A DNA stretch of 54,860 nt, from the sequence record SRR31156797_762, one strand, 5' to 3'. Position 1 is the stretch's first letter. Each line of letters begins with the position of its first letter. Made by a program: the position numbers and the translations under genes. The notes beneath the pieces were generated by a model. The model saw only the letters and a list, made by a program, of their open reading frames with translations. It had not been told where the DNA came from and did not search any database. This document shows positions 9,718-18,685 of this stretch, one piece after another.

Positions 9718-10587
9718 TTACTTTCTTCTTTTCTCATTAAAGTAATGACATTCGATATTGGAACGCTTGGTAAGTTTACTGATCGGGAAGATGACCATCA
9801 GGTTTATCTTTAAAGAATGTAATTTCAGGTCATCCTGCACATCGTAGCTATTGCCAACAAACAAATTATTTGAATAACGCTCTTTTTCGTTGATAATATT
9901 ATGAAGGTTATAATTGTAAGATGCTCCCAGCATTAGAATAATCTGATTGAAGTCGTACGAAATACCGGCACCAACACCAAGATCGAATTTGCTGGTAATA
10001 TAACTGTTGCTATAATCAGATTGTAAAACTGAGCTTTGAATTTCTGATGAATACAATTCGTTGGTTTGCGTATAGTTTGTAGAAGCTTTTTTGTTTGCCG
10101 TATGAAGCAAACTGTAAGATACAATTCCCTCCAGATATGGTTTGAAATTTTGATAGCCAAAATAGTAGCGAAGGCTTACCGGGATTTCTAAATACCTAAG
10201 TTTTTGCTGATGTGTGGTTTGATTTTCCAAAGTATATTGTGAACTGCCATTCCATGCGTATTGTGTATCGTAAGCATAATGATAGCTTGAATAGGCAGGG
10301 AGCAGTCCAATATGAAAATTTCCCCATGCAGGATAAAATATGCTAAAGCCAAATTGATTTCCTACATTTTTAAAAAGTCCATCGTAGGATTTTTCTATAA
10401 GAGAAACATCTTCGCTCATATTATTATGAACCATGTATGAATTCAATATTACCGGTTTGGAGAAGTTAATCCCTCCATAAAACCCTACCAACAAGGTTGG
10501 TTTGTTTTTTTCTTTGGCGCTCACATTTATACTCCATAGGAGAAGGGCTGCGACCAAAAGAAGTGCAGAAATAGTGTGTTTGATCAT
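9718..10587 (-). CDS. Outer-membrane beta-barrel (porin/PorT-like family) protein
   Basis: Signal peptide; GFYGGINFS, YLEIPVSLRY and FDLGVGAGISY amphipathic strands. Confidence 0.8.
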   Translation of the reverse strand: MIKHTISALLLVAALLLWSINVSAKEKNKPTLLVGFYGGINFSKPVILNSYMVHNNMSEDVSLIEKSYDGLFKNVGNQFGFSIFYPAWGNFHIGLLPAYSSYHYAYDTQYAWNGSSQYTLENQTTHQQKLRYLEIPVSLRYYFGYQNFKPYLEGIVSYSLLHTANKKASTNYTQTNELYSSEIQSSVLQSDYSNSYITSKFDLGVGAGISYDFNQIILMLGASYNYNLHNIINEKERYSNNLFVGNSYDVQDDLKLHSLKINLMVIFPISKLTKRSNIECHYFNEKRRK

Positions 10588-10735
10588 TGTGTATTGTGTT
10601 GTGTTTAATTGTAATAACGTTGAGGTTTAGTCTATTAGTATTTGATTAAGTCCTATTTTTTCAAATGAATTTTATCGATTGTTGTACTATCAGAAATGGT
10701 AACAGTTTGTGGGTAGTTTTGTTAAAAAAATGCAT

Positions 10736-10774
10736 AAAAAAAGGGATAACCCATAGGAGCATCCCTTATTTTTT
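10736..10774 (-). terminator. Probable intrinsic terminator
   Basis: AAGGGAT...ATCCCTT stem flanked by A- and T-runs, downstream of the 11013-10795 gene. Confidence 0.6.
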
Positions 10775-10794
10775 AAAACTGAAATTTACTTTGT

Positions 10795-11013
10795 TTACTC
10801 AGCAACTAATGTGTCTGCTTCAGCAGCTAAAGTATCAGCTTCCATGGCCATTGAATCAGCCTCAGCAGCTAATGAATCCGGAGTTTCAACGGCTTCAACC
10901 ATTTCAGTTTTTGTTTCTTCGGTAGTAGTTTCTGCTTGTTTTTCTTTTTTTCCACCACAGCTTGCTACTAGCAAACCTAATAGTAAAATTGAAGGCAATA
11001 ATTTCTTCATCAT
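10795..11013 (-). CDS. Small acidic lipoprotein with heptad repeats
   Basis: Lipobox LVASC; C-terminal (A/P)D(S/T)xxxE repeated four times. Confidence 0.8.
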   Translation of the reverse strand: MMKKLLPSILLLGLLVASCGGKKEKQAETTTEETKTEMVEAVETPDSLAAEADSMAMEADTLAAEADTLVAE

Positions 11014-11043
11014 TTTTGAGGTTTAATGTTTATAATAGATTAA

Positions 11044-11472
11044 TTAAAAGGAATTTCGAACAGGGTTTAGTTGTTCTTTGTCGTTATATATTTTTGCGTA
11101 TTCTTTATCAGATACCATAATATGATCGGTAATCCATTCTTTTAGAAAATTTGTTATTTCAATTGACAGGATTAATTTACCTTTAATAAAGCGATTTTCC
11201 AAATCTGTCACTTTATCAATAAAATCCTGGTGCTTATCCTTATGTTCGTTAGAATTTTGATAAGGTAATTTTGAGAAAAGTTCTTCTTCTGTTTTAAAAT
11301 GGAATTCTGTGTAAGCCTTCATTTTTGAAATTAAATCGCTAATTAATTCCTTATTCGACTTCTTACTCATTTCATTGTAAAACATGTTGATCATATCAAC
11401 CAGTTTTTTGTGTTGATCGTCAATAACCTTTATGTTAAGACAATAATCGTCGGTCCACTTAACTAAAATCAT
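11044..11472 (-). CDS. Bacteriohemerythrin
   Basis: W..Y...I..ID.QH, HFxxEE, HxxxH and WxxxHIxxxD di-iron ligand pattern. Confidence 0.93.
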   Translation of the reverse strand: MILVKWTDDYCLNIKVIDDQHKKLVDMINMFYNEMSKKSNKELISDLISKMKAYTEFHFKTEEELFSKLPYQNSNEHKDKHQDFIDKVTDLENRFIKGKLILSIEITNFLKEWITDHIMVSDKEYAKIYNDKEQLNPVRNSF

Positions 11473-11652
11473 ATGGTTTGTTGTTTATTTTGTTAGATGT
11501 CTAAGTTTTTTACGGGGTATTATGTATTGAGTTACCTTTTTATTTTAATTTTTTGTTAAAAAAGCAGGGTGCTCTCTTGAAAAGCAATAAAAACATAAAG
11601 TTTTAAGCCCTTGCGATATATGTTGTATTTATGGTATTACTACTTTTTAAAG

Positions 11653-11660
11653 TACATTTG
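11653..11660 (+). promoter_or_regulatory. Bacteroidota -7 promoter box for apbE
   Basis: TACATTTG matches TAnnTTTG, 22 bp before the ATG. Confidence 0.55.
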
Positions 11661-11682
11661 AGGCATAATTAATACTTATTTT

Positions 11683-12690
11683 ATGAAACAGCTATTTGTC
11701 TTTTTAAGTCTTATTGTTTTTTTGGTTGGATGTCAGCCAAAAAACTATTCATATTTAAAACTTCAGGGCGAGATTTTTGGAACCTATTATCATGTAATAT
11801 ACCAGCCTGTTCAGGATCATGACCAGGTTGATGAAGGTTTGTTGTTAAAACTTCAGGAGGTAAATGCCTCACTCTCTACTTATGATAAACAATCTATCAT
11901 TAGTCAGTTTAATAACAGTGATACCGGATGTGTGATCGATCCATTAATGAAAGAGGTAGTCGTTTCCGGTTTGGAAGTATTTAAAAACTCTAATGGAGCT
12001 TTTGATATGACTGTTGGACCATTGGTTAATGCCTGGGGTTTTGGATTTAAAGAGAAGGAAAATATGACAGATGTTTTAGTTGATTCTTTAATGCAATATG
12101 TAGGTATGGAGCACATTCATTTGAATGGGAATATTTTAGCGAAAGAGAAGTCTGGAATTATGCTGGCTTCCGGAGCTATCGCCAAAGGGTTTGGAGTTGA
12201 TGTTGCTGCAGATTTTCTGATTTCGCAAGGGATTCAGAACTATATGGTAGAAATTGGAGGAGAGATAAGGGCGCAAGGGATCAACCATAAAGGTACACCG
12301 TGGAGAGTGGGAATTGATAAACCGATAGATGATCGGGCAGCCATAAATAGAGAATTACAGGATGTATTGTCTTTAAGCAATATAGGCCTGGCCACATCGG
12401 GTAATTACCGAAACTTTTATATCAAGGATGGTAAAAAATATGCTCACACTATTGATCCGAAATCCGGTTACCCAGTTCAGCATAGCCTATTAAGTGCATC
12501 TATTATTGCACCAAAATGCATGGTAGCAGATGCTTATGCTACAGCTTGTATGGTTTTAGGGCTTGAGCAAAGCCTGGAAATGATAGAACAATTAGATGGG
12601 GTTGAAGGGTATTTTATTTATGTAGATGAAGAAGGACAAAATAAGGTTAGCTATACAGATGGGTTTGCAAAAATAATTGTAAGACCTTAG
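11683..12690 (+). CDS. apbE: FAD:protein FMN transferase ApbE (lipoprotein)
   Basis: Lipobox LVGC; GAFDMTVGPLVNAWGFG, AIAKGFGVD, VEIGGE, ATSGNYR, HTIDP and ADAYATA motifs. Confidence 0.96.
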   Translation: MKQLFVFLSLIVFLVGCQPKNYSYLKLQGEIFGTYYHVIYQPVQDHDQVDEGLLLKLQEVNASLSTYDKQSIISQFNNSDTGCVIDPLMKEVVVSGLEVFKNSNGAFDMTVGPLVNAWGFGFKEKENMTDVLVDSLMQYVGMEHIHLNGNILAKEKSGIMLASGAIAKGFGVDVAADFLISQGIQNYMVEIGGEIRAQGINHKGTPWRVGIDKPIDDRAAINRELQDVLSLSNIGLATSGNYRNFYIKDGKKYAHTIDPKSGYPVQHSLLSASIIAPKCMVADAYATACMVLGLEQSLEMIEQLDGVEGYFIYVDEEGQNKVSYTDGFAKIIVRP

Positions 12691-12806
12691 GTAGAACTGG
12701 GAATTTATTGAAGTGTACTTTGAAGGTTGGTTTAAGATTTAATGATGTGGCATAGTTTTTGGTTTTTCGATAACAGATTCTTTTACAATCATTAAAACTT
12801 AAACAT

Positions 12807-13178
12807 ATGAAGAAATTATACTCCCGTTTTTATATCGTTACGATATTGTTTCTTAGCATCATTTTATTTGCTCAGTGCCGAAGAGATGATGATATGAACT
12901 TTAGAATAGTAATTGAAAATTATTGTGATTTTCCTGTAAAAGCTTACTACGATAATCAGGATATTGAATATTATGAAGATGGTGACCGGGATGTAACCGT
13001 TGTGGGATCTGTATCTTTTGTTCCGGCCAATGGTGAAAAAGTCGTTTATTCTAAATACAGATATGTATGGATTGAAACTTCAACGAATCCGGTAATGTCA
13101 CGAAAATTCAGAAGTGATAATGATGGGCCATTTAAGAAAAGAATAGAGGTTTATCCTGAAGATTTTTATGGATATTAA
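12807..13178 (+). CDS. Hypothetical probable lipoprotein
   Basis: Hydrophobic N-terminus ending FAQC, then RRDDD; ends at a terminator. Confidence 0.7.
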   Translation: MKKLYSRFYIVTILFLSIILFAQCRRDDDMNFRIVIENYCDFPVKAYYDNQDIEYYEDGDRDVTVVGSVSFVPANGEKVVYSKYRYVWIETSTNPVMSRKFRSDNDGPFKKRIEVYPEDFYGY

Positions 13179-13221
13179 AAAAAAGGGAGTAACGGTGCAT
13201 TAAACGTTACTCCCTTTTTTT
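13177..13221. terminator. Bidirectional intrinsic terminator
   Basis: Perfect AAAAAAAGGGAGTAACG / CGTTACTCCCTTTTTTT inverted repeat between convergent genes. Confidence 0.9.
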
Positions 13222-13465
13222 AGCAACTTAATGTTTGACTTTCACCTTCACCTCCTAAATGCAAAGGTTTAATTTTTATACTGTCTTTTTGTGCTTGTCT
13301 ATCTTGTGTTGTTGCACAGGAGATTCCTCTTTTTTGCATATCCTTATTACTTCCAATATGCAAGTTTGGAAATTTCCCTCCTTTTTTAATCAAGATGCCT
13401 ATCGCCATTAATACAAAAACGATGGCAACCAATACAACACTTAATAATAATACCTTTAAAAACAT
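13220..13465 (-). CDS. Small single-TM protein (Bacteroidales conserved hypothetical type)
   Basis: TM helix then KKGGKFPNLHIG...RGISC..QDR; ATG at 13465 preferred; TATTTTTG -7 box at 13496-13489. Confidence 0.8.
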   Translation of the reverse strand: MFLKVLLLSVVLVAIVFVLMAIGILIKKGGKFPNLHIGSNKDMQKRGISCATTQDRQAQKDSIKIKPLHLGGEGESQTLSC

Positions 13466-13691
13466 AGTTGTCAAATTTATAACGGGTGCAAAAATAGCCT
13501 TTTTTATTACTCGTTAAACAAACTACAAACAAATATGTTTCAATGATTGGAAACAGAAGGTGACAGTAGTTAGTTTTATTTAGAATTATTCTTGTTAGCT
13601 TTGTCGAATGGGTAAGAAATAAGTAGTGCATTTTTCATAAAAATGTAAGATAAGGTCTCTTGTCTATATTAAAAAAGTCTATTAAAAGAGT

Positions 13692-16112
13692 ATGACATCA
13701 AATACAGGAATCAGTTTCGAAGAATTTAAGAAAGAGGTTTTAACCGATTACAGAGTTGGTCAGGTTAGCCGCAATCTTAGTCTGCTTGGTAGAAAAGAAG
13801 TACTTGGAGGGAAATCCAAGTTCGGAATTTTTGGAGATGGAAAAGAAGTGGCCCAGATTGCCATGGCAAAACAATTTAAAGCAGGAGATTGGCGATCGGG
13901 CTATTATCGCGATCAAACTTTTATGCTTGCTGCCGGAATGACAACTCCGGTTGAATTTTTTGCTTCTTTGTTTGGGGAAACTAATACGGATTTAAATCCG
14001 GATAATGGAGGTAGATCTTTTAATAACCATTTTGGAACCCGCACAATAACAGATTCTGGCGAATGGAAAAAAATTGCTGATATTAAATGTACTTCTTCGG
14101 ATATATCACCCACAGCTGGTCAAATGCCTCGTTTGGTTGGGCTGGCCTTTGCTTCAAAATTATATCGTCAGAATACTTCATTAGATAAAGACGAAAATTT
14201 TAGTCACGGTGGAAATGAGGTTGCTTTTGGAACCATTGGAGATGCAAGCACATCCGAAGGGCATTTTTTTGAAACGTTAAATGCAGCTTCTGTTCATCAA
14301 ATTCCTATGGCTGTTTCGGTTTGGGATGATGGTTATGGCATTTCTGTTCCTAAGAAAATTCAAACTACAAAAGAGAGTATTTCTGATGTTTTAAAAGGCT
14401 TTGAAAAAGGAGTAAAAGACAAAACCGGAATTCTCATATATAAAGTAAAAGGCTGGGATTATGCCGGTTTATGTCAGGCTTATGAAGAAGGAATTGCCAA
14501 ATGTAGAAAAGAGCATGTACCTGTATTATTCCATGTGGAAGAATTAACACAGCCTATTGGACACTCTACATCAGGATCGCACGAGAGATACAAATCAGAA
14601 GGTCGTTTGAAATGGGAGAAGGATTATGATTGTCTTCAAAAAATGCGGGAGTGGATTATTGAACGTTCAATCGCTAATTCAGAAGAACTGGATGCTATTG
14701 AAGCCGATGCGTTCGAAGAGGTAAAAGAGGCAAAAAAGAAGGCCTGGAAGCAGTTTGTATTAACATTAAATACTGAGCGAGATAGTTTATTAGCAGTAGT
14801 TGAAAACAGAGGATGTATTTGTAGTGGAACAAACGGCGATGTAATCGATCAGCACCTTAAAGATTTAAAGCAGGTGATGACTTTAAATCGAAAAGAGATT
14901 CTATCTACAGCCAGAAAAATCCTAAGACATATCTGTAATACATGCAGTAAACCAGATAGTTTAAAGACTAATTTGCAAAAATGGATTGCAGATTACAGAG
15001 AGAACGCGCATGTCATGTATAATGATCGTTTATATGCAGAAGATGATTTTGCAGCTGTAAAAGTGCCTATCATTCCACCGCATTACGATAAGGAATTAGA
15101 GAAAGTACCGGGGAGAGAAATTCTTCGTGATAATTTTGATGCTTTGTTTGATAAAATACCGGAACTGGTCACTTTTGGAGAAGATACCGGCGTTTTGGGA
15201 GGCGTGAATCAATCCATGGAAGGTTTGCAAAAAAAGTATGGCAAGCATAGAATCTGGGATGAGGGTATTCGCGAAACAACAATTATAGGAACAGGAATTG
15301 GAATGGCTTTACGAGGTTTAAGGCCAATTTCAGAAATTCAATATTTTGATTATCTATTGTATGGTTTGCAGACCATGAGTGATGATCTGGCTACTTTAAG
15401 ATACAGAACTAAAGGCGGACAAAAAGCGCCGATGATAGTTCGGACAAGAGGTCACCGTTTAGAAGGTATCTGGCATTCAGGTTCACCATTGAGTATGGTT
15501 ATTAATTCTATTCGTGGCGTTTATGTATGTGTGCCTCGTGATATGACCAGGGCAGCCGGAATGTATAATACTTTATTGCACTCAGATGATCCTGCTTTGG
15601 TTATTGAACCTTTAAATGGCTATCGAATCAGAGAACCCAAACCAAATAATATTGGTGAATATAATGTGCCACTGGGAATACCGGAAGTACTGCATGTTGG
15701 ACATGACGCTACTTTGGTAACTTATGGTTCATGTGTTAGAATTGCGCAAGAAGCTGTTGAGCAATTGAAGCAGATTGGTATTTCTGTGGAGTTAATTGAT
15801 GTACAAACATTACTTCCTTTCGATATCCATGGAGTGATACTTGAATCTGTTAAAAAGACCAATCGAGTTGTGTTCTTTGATGAGGATGTTCCAGGTGGAG
15901 CCACTGCTTATATGATGCAACAAGTGGTTGAAAAAGATGGCGCCTTTAAGTATTTGGATTCAGCACCACGAACAGTAACTGCTAAAGATCACAGACCTGC
16001 TTTTGGTAGTGATGGAGATTATTTCTCAAATCCAAGTGCAGAAGATGTTTATGAGAGTATATATGAAATAATGAGTGAGTTCAATCCGGAGAAATATCCG
16101 GCCATATATTAA
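13692..16112 (+). CDS. TPP-dependent 2-oxoacid (probably branched-chain) dehydrogenase E1, fused alpha/beta subunits
   Basis: GDASTSEG TPP motif, GHSTSGSH, GEDTG, IRETTIIG, EIQYFDY, transketolase C-terminal domain. Confidence 0.92.
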   Translation: MTSNTGISFEEFKKEVLTDYRVGQVSRNLSLLGRKEVLGGKSKFGIFGDGKEVAQIAMAKQFKAGDWRSGYYRDQTFMLAAGMTTPVEFFASLFGETNTDLNPDNGGRSFNNHFGTRTITDSGEWKKIADIKCTSSDISPTAGQMPRLVGLAFASKLYRQNTSLDKDENFSHGGNEVAFGTIGDASTSEGHFFETLNAASVHQIPMAVSVWDDGYGISVPKKIQTTKESISDVLKGFEKGVKDKTGILIYKVKGWDYAGLCQAYEEGIAKCRKEHVPVLFHVEELTQPIGHSTSGSHERYKSEGRLKWEKDYDCLQKMREWIIERSIANSEELDAIEADAFEEVKEAKKKAWKQFVLTLNTERDSLLAVVENRGCICSGTNGDVIDQHLKDLKQVMTLNRKEILSTARKILRHICNTCSKPDSLKTNLQKWIADYRENAHVMYNDRLYAEDDFAAVKVPIIPPHYDKELEKVPGREILRDNFDALFDKIPELVTFGEDTGVLGGVNQSMEGLQKKYGKHRIWDEGIRETTIIGTGIGMALRGLRPISEIQYFDYLLYGLQTMSDDLATLRYRTKGGQKAPMIVRTRGHRLEGIWHSGSPLSMVINSIRGVYVCVPRDMTRAAGMYNTLLHSDDPALVIEPLNGYRIREPKPNNIGEYNVPLGIPEVLHVGHDATLVTYGSCVRIAQEAVEQLKQIGISVELIDVQTLLPFDIHGVILESVKKTNRVVFFDEDVPGGATAYMMQQVVEKDGAFKYLDSAPRTVTAKDHRPAFGSDGDYFSNPSAEDVYESIYEIMSEFNPEKYPAIY

Positions 16113-16120
16113 AAAGTACT

Positions 16121-16155
16121 ACCGGAAATCCATAATAGGGTTTCCGGTTATTTTT
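16121..16155 (+). terminator. Intrinsic terminator
   Basis: ACCGGAAATCC-ATAATA-GGGTTTCCGGT hairpin plus a T-rich tail. Confidence 0.8.
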
Positions 16156-16262
16156 ATCAACATCTTCCACAATATTCAGATAAATTTTTATAATAAACAA
16201 GCAATGAGATAAATGTTAGTAAGTCTTAGATTTTTTGTCTAAAATCTAACAATCTGGAATTA

Positions 16263-17288
16263 TTAATAACCTTCTTTTATTCCGAACGATTTTTCCAGTT
16301 TAAGCTTATTATTACCTCTGGATATGAGTACTAAATAATCACCTTCATTAATAATTTGATCGTTTGAAGGATCTTTGATCAATTGGTTATTTACAACCAG
16401 CCCTATTAATATCGCATTCAAACTTTTTTTCATTTCAACAAACGAATCAAAATAAGATTTGCCTTTGTAAGGGTTGTTCTCAGTTACCTTAAATTGCTTA
16501 ATATCCTGATCAGCATCTTCAACACTTGTTGATATTAAATCAGAAGTGTATTCGGCTACATGTGGCTCAAATAAATAACTGGCTACCATTCTTGAAGCAA
16601 CTTCGTGACGCGCTACCACATGCTGAACACCTGTATTCTCAAGGGTTTCTTTAAGCTCCGGGTTTGTGCAATTTATAATGATGTTTAAATCTGGGTACTC
16701 TTTTTTAATGTTTAGCACAAAAACCAAGGTATCGGTATCTTCCTTAAAGTTGATAAAAACGGCTTTGCTTTTTGTGAGATTTACCTTTTCGTAGGCCTGC
16801 ATATTTTTATAATCAGCAAACAAGGCAAAACTATGATCGCTTTCGTAAAGGTCGCTAAACAACTCCAGATCGTTTTTTGAATTTGTGACTAATGCAATGT
16901 GATGTCCGGCGTGGTATATTTGATCAGCCACTTGCTGCGCAAACTGATTCCAGCCGATTATAACGTAATGATTTTCGAATCGGGTACCAAAGTAACCGTT
17001 TTTCTTTTTTTCCATAAAATTGTTGATTCTATAGGTTATTTCACCAATAATATATCCAAGTATTCCAAGGCTTCCGAGAATAATAAATAAGCCCAGTATT
17101 TTCCCTATGGTTGTTACCGGGTAAAAATCGCCATAACCCACTGTGGTTAGCGTTACCACTGAATACCATAATGCATCTGTAATTGATTTTATATTTGCAT
17201 TGGGATCGGTACGTTCAACCAGAGAGATAATATATATCAAGCTCAGGTATAGCGCAATGCCAATGTAAAAAAGCTTTTTATTCTTCAT
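16263..17288 (-). CDS. Two-TM potassium channel with RCK (TrkA-N/TrkA-C) gating domain, MthK/Kch-like
   Basis: TTVGYGD selectivity filter between two TM helices; HYVIIGWN Rossmann-like RCK domain. Confidence 0.93.
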   Translation of the reverse strand: MKNKKLFYIGIALYLSLIYIISLVERTDPNANIKSITDALWYSVVTLTTVGYGDFYPVTTIGKILGLFIILGSLGILGYIIGEITYRINNFMEKKKNGYFGTRFENHYVIIGWNQFAQQVADQIYHAGHHIALVTNSKNDLELFSDLYESDHSFALFADYKNMQAYEKVNLTKSKAVFINFKEDTDTLVFVLNIKKEYPDLNIIINCTNPELKETLENTGVQHVVARHEVASRMVASYLFEPHVAEYTSDLISTSVEDADQDIKQFKVTENNPYKGKSYFDSFVEMKKSLNAILIGLVVNNQLIKDPSNDQIINEGDYLVLISRGNNKLKLEKSFGIKEGY

Positions 17289-17407
17289 GTCACAAGAATA
17301 AGTTTTAGGGTTTACTTTTACAAGTATACTATATGAATTTTAATTGCGATTAAGTTAAAACATATGTTTGAATTTGAATAATAAAATAAGAGTTGTTTGA
17401 CTTATGT

Positions 17408-17415
17408 TATATTTG
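17408..17415 (+). promoter_or_regulatory. Bacteroidota -7 promoter box for the GT11 gene
   Basis: TATATTTG, 35 bp upstream of the ATG. Confidence 0.5.
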
Positions 17416-17450
17416 TGATCTTTTTATTAAAACAATAGCGCTAGTAATTT

Positions 17451-18299
17451 ATGATTATCATTAGTAAACATACAAATCAGTTGTGTAATAGACTTTTTAC
17501 CTATCTTCCAATTCTGTCTTATGCTTTGGAAGCCAATGAACCAGTATGTTTTCTTTTTCAATACAAACAATATGATTCATTCTTTCCAAATCTTAAAAAA
17601 GAAGGTATAAAATCTTACTGGAAAGAGAATAGTAGGAAAAATAGTTACTTCAGTTTATTATTCAATGGAATTATTAGAGGTGTCAATTATTTTGTTCATG
17701 TTGTTTTGATGCCTGGAGAAAAGATTCCATTACATAAACCTTTAGGTATATTGTTCAACCCTAAATGGAGAGAGGTACGTCATGATAAGGCTTATATAAA
17801 TAAGCATTCTGAGAAATTAAGATATCTATTTTCTCCAGCTAAAGAAGTTTGGGGAAGTATTGATGCACTATGGAAAAAGCAAGCAGGTGAATATATTACT
17901 GTTGGAGTGCATATAAGAAGAGGGGATTATCGAACTTATAAAAATGGGATTTGGCATTTTGATTTCGAAGTTTATAAAAAATATATGCTTCAATTAGAGT
18001 CTGTACTAAAGGATGAAAACAAAGCAGTTCGTTTTTTTGTGTGTTCAAATGAAAAGATAGAGGCCTCTCATTTTAATGGATGCAATGTAATCATGCAGGA
18101 AGGAGATGATATGATATTTGATTTGTATGCGCTTTCTCGCTGCGAATATATTATTGGTCCACCAAGTACCTACTCACAATGGGCATCTTTTTATGGTAAA
18201 AAACCATTGGCTGTATTAGTTGATGCAGATTCAGAACTAGCGGAAAAAGATTTTTCAATTATAGAAACTTTGAATAACGATTTTTATAAAAAGAATTAA
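17451..18299 (+). CDS. GT11-family alpha-1,2-fucosyltransferase-like protein
   Basis: QLCNRLF, GVHIRRGDY, DLYALSRC and STYSQWASF motifs. Confidence 0.85.
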   Translation: MIIISKHTNQLCNRLFTYLPILSYALEANEPVCFLFQYKQYDSFFPNLKKEGIKSYWKENSRKNSYFSLLFNGIIRGVNYFVHVVLMPGEKIPLHKPLGILFNPKWREVRHDKAYINKHSEKLRYLFSPAKEVWGSIDALWKKQAGEYITVGVHIRRGDYRTYKNGIWHFDFEVYKKYMLQLESVLKDENKAVRFFVCSNEKIEASHFNGCNVIMQEGDDMIFDLYALSRCEYIIGPPSTYSQWASFYGKKPLAVLVDADSELAEKDFSIIETLNNDFYKKN

Positions 18300-18652
18300 T
18301 GGCCGGGAGGGATGCAATTGTCTATCTCATTATCCCATTTAATGTTGGTATTAAACATCTTACTTAACTCTTTAAACTGAAGTGTTTTTTGTTTGTTACA
18401 ACTCGATAATTCAATGTAGCACCAACCGCTTTCTGTAAATGTGTGCAATGCCAAATGCGATTCTGCGAGTAGCCAAAATGCGGTAAAACCGTTTACAGGA
18501 AATTGGTGTGATGAATAATTGAGGGTTTGAAATCCTGCTTGAGACAAAATATCAGAGAAGGCATCCTTTAAAATAGTTTCGTCAACAATCTCAATCCATC
18601 CTTTTAAATTAAATATTTGAGGAGCTAACTCTTTATGTTGTATTTTATTCAT
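18296..18652 (-). CDS. speD: S-adenosylmethionine decarboxylase proenzyme (short, pyruvoyl type)
   Basis: GFTAFWLLAESHLALHTF with the E-S self-cleavage site; next to an aminopropyltransferase. Confidence 0.85.
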   Translation of the reverse strand: MNKIQHKELAPQIFNLKGWIEIVDETILKDAFSDILSQAGFQTLNYSSHQFPVNGFTAFWLLAESHLALHTFTESGWCYIELSSCNKQKTLQFKELSKMFNTNIKWDNEIDNCIPPGH

Positions 18653-18685
18653 ATCGTACTTTTTACGGTTTTGTAGATGTAGAAG

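Noticed and set aside
10665-11026. Plus-strand ORFs opposite the small lipoprotein
   Set aside because: Antisense shadows; the minus-strand ORF has a clear lipobox and a downstream terminator
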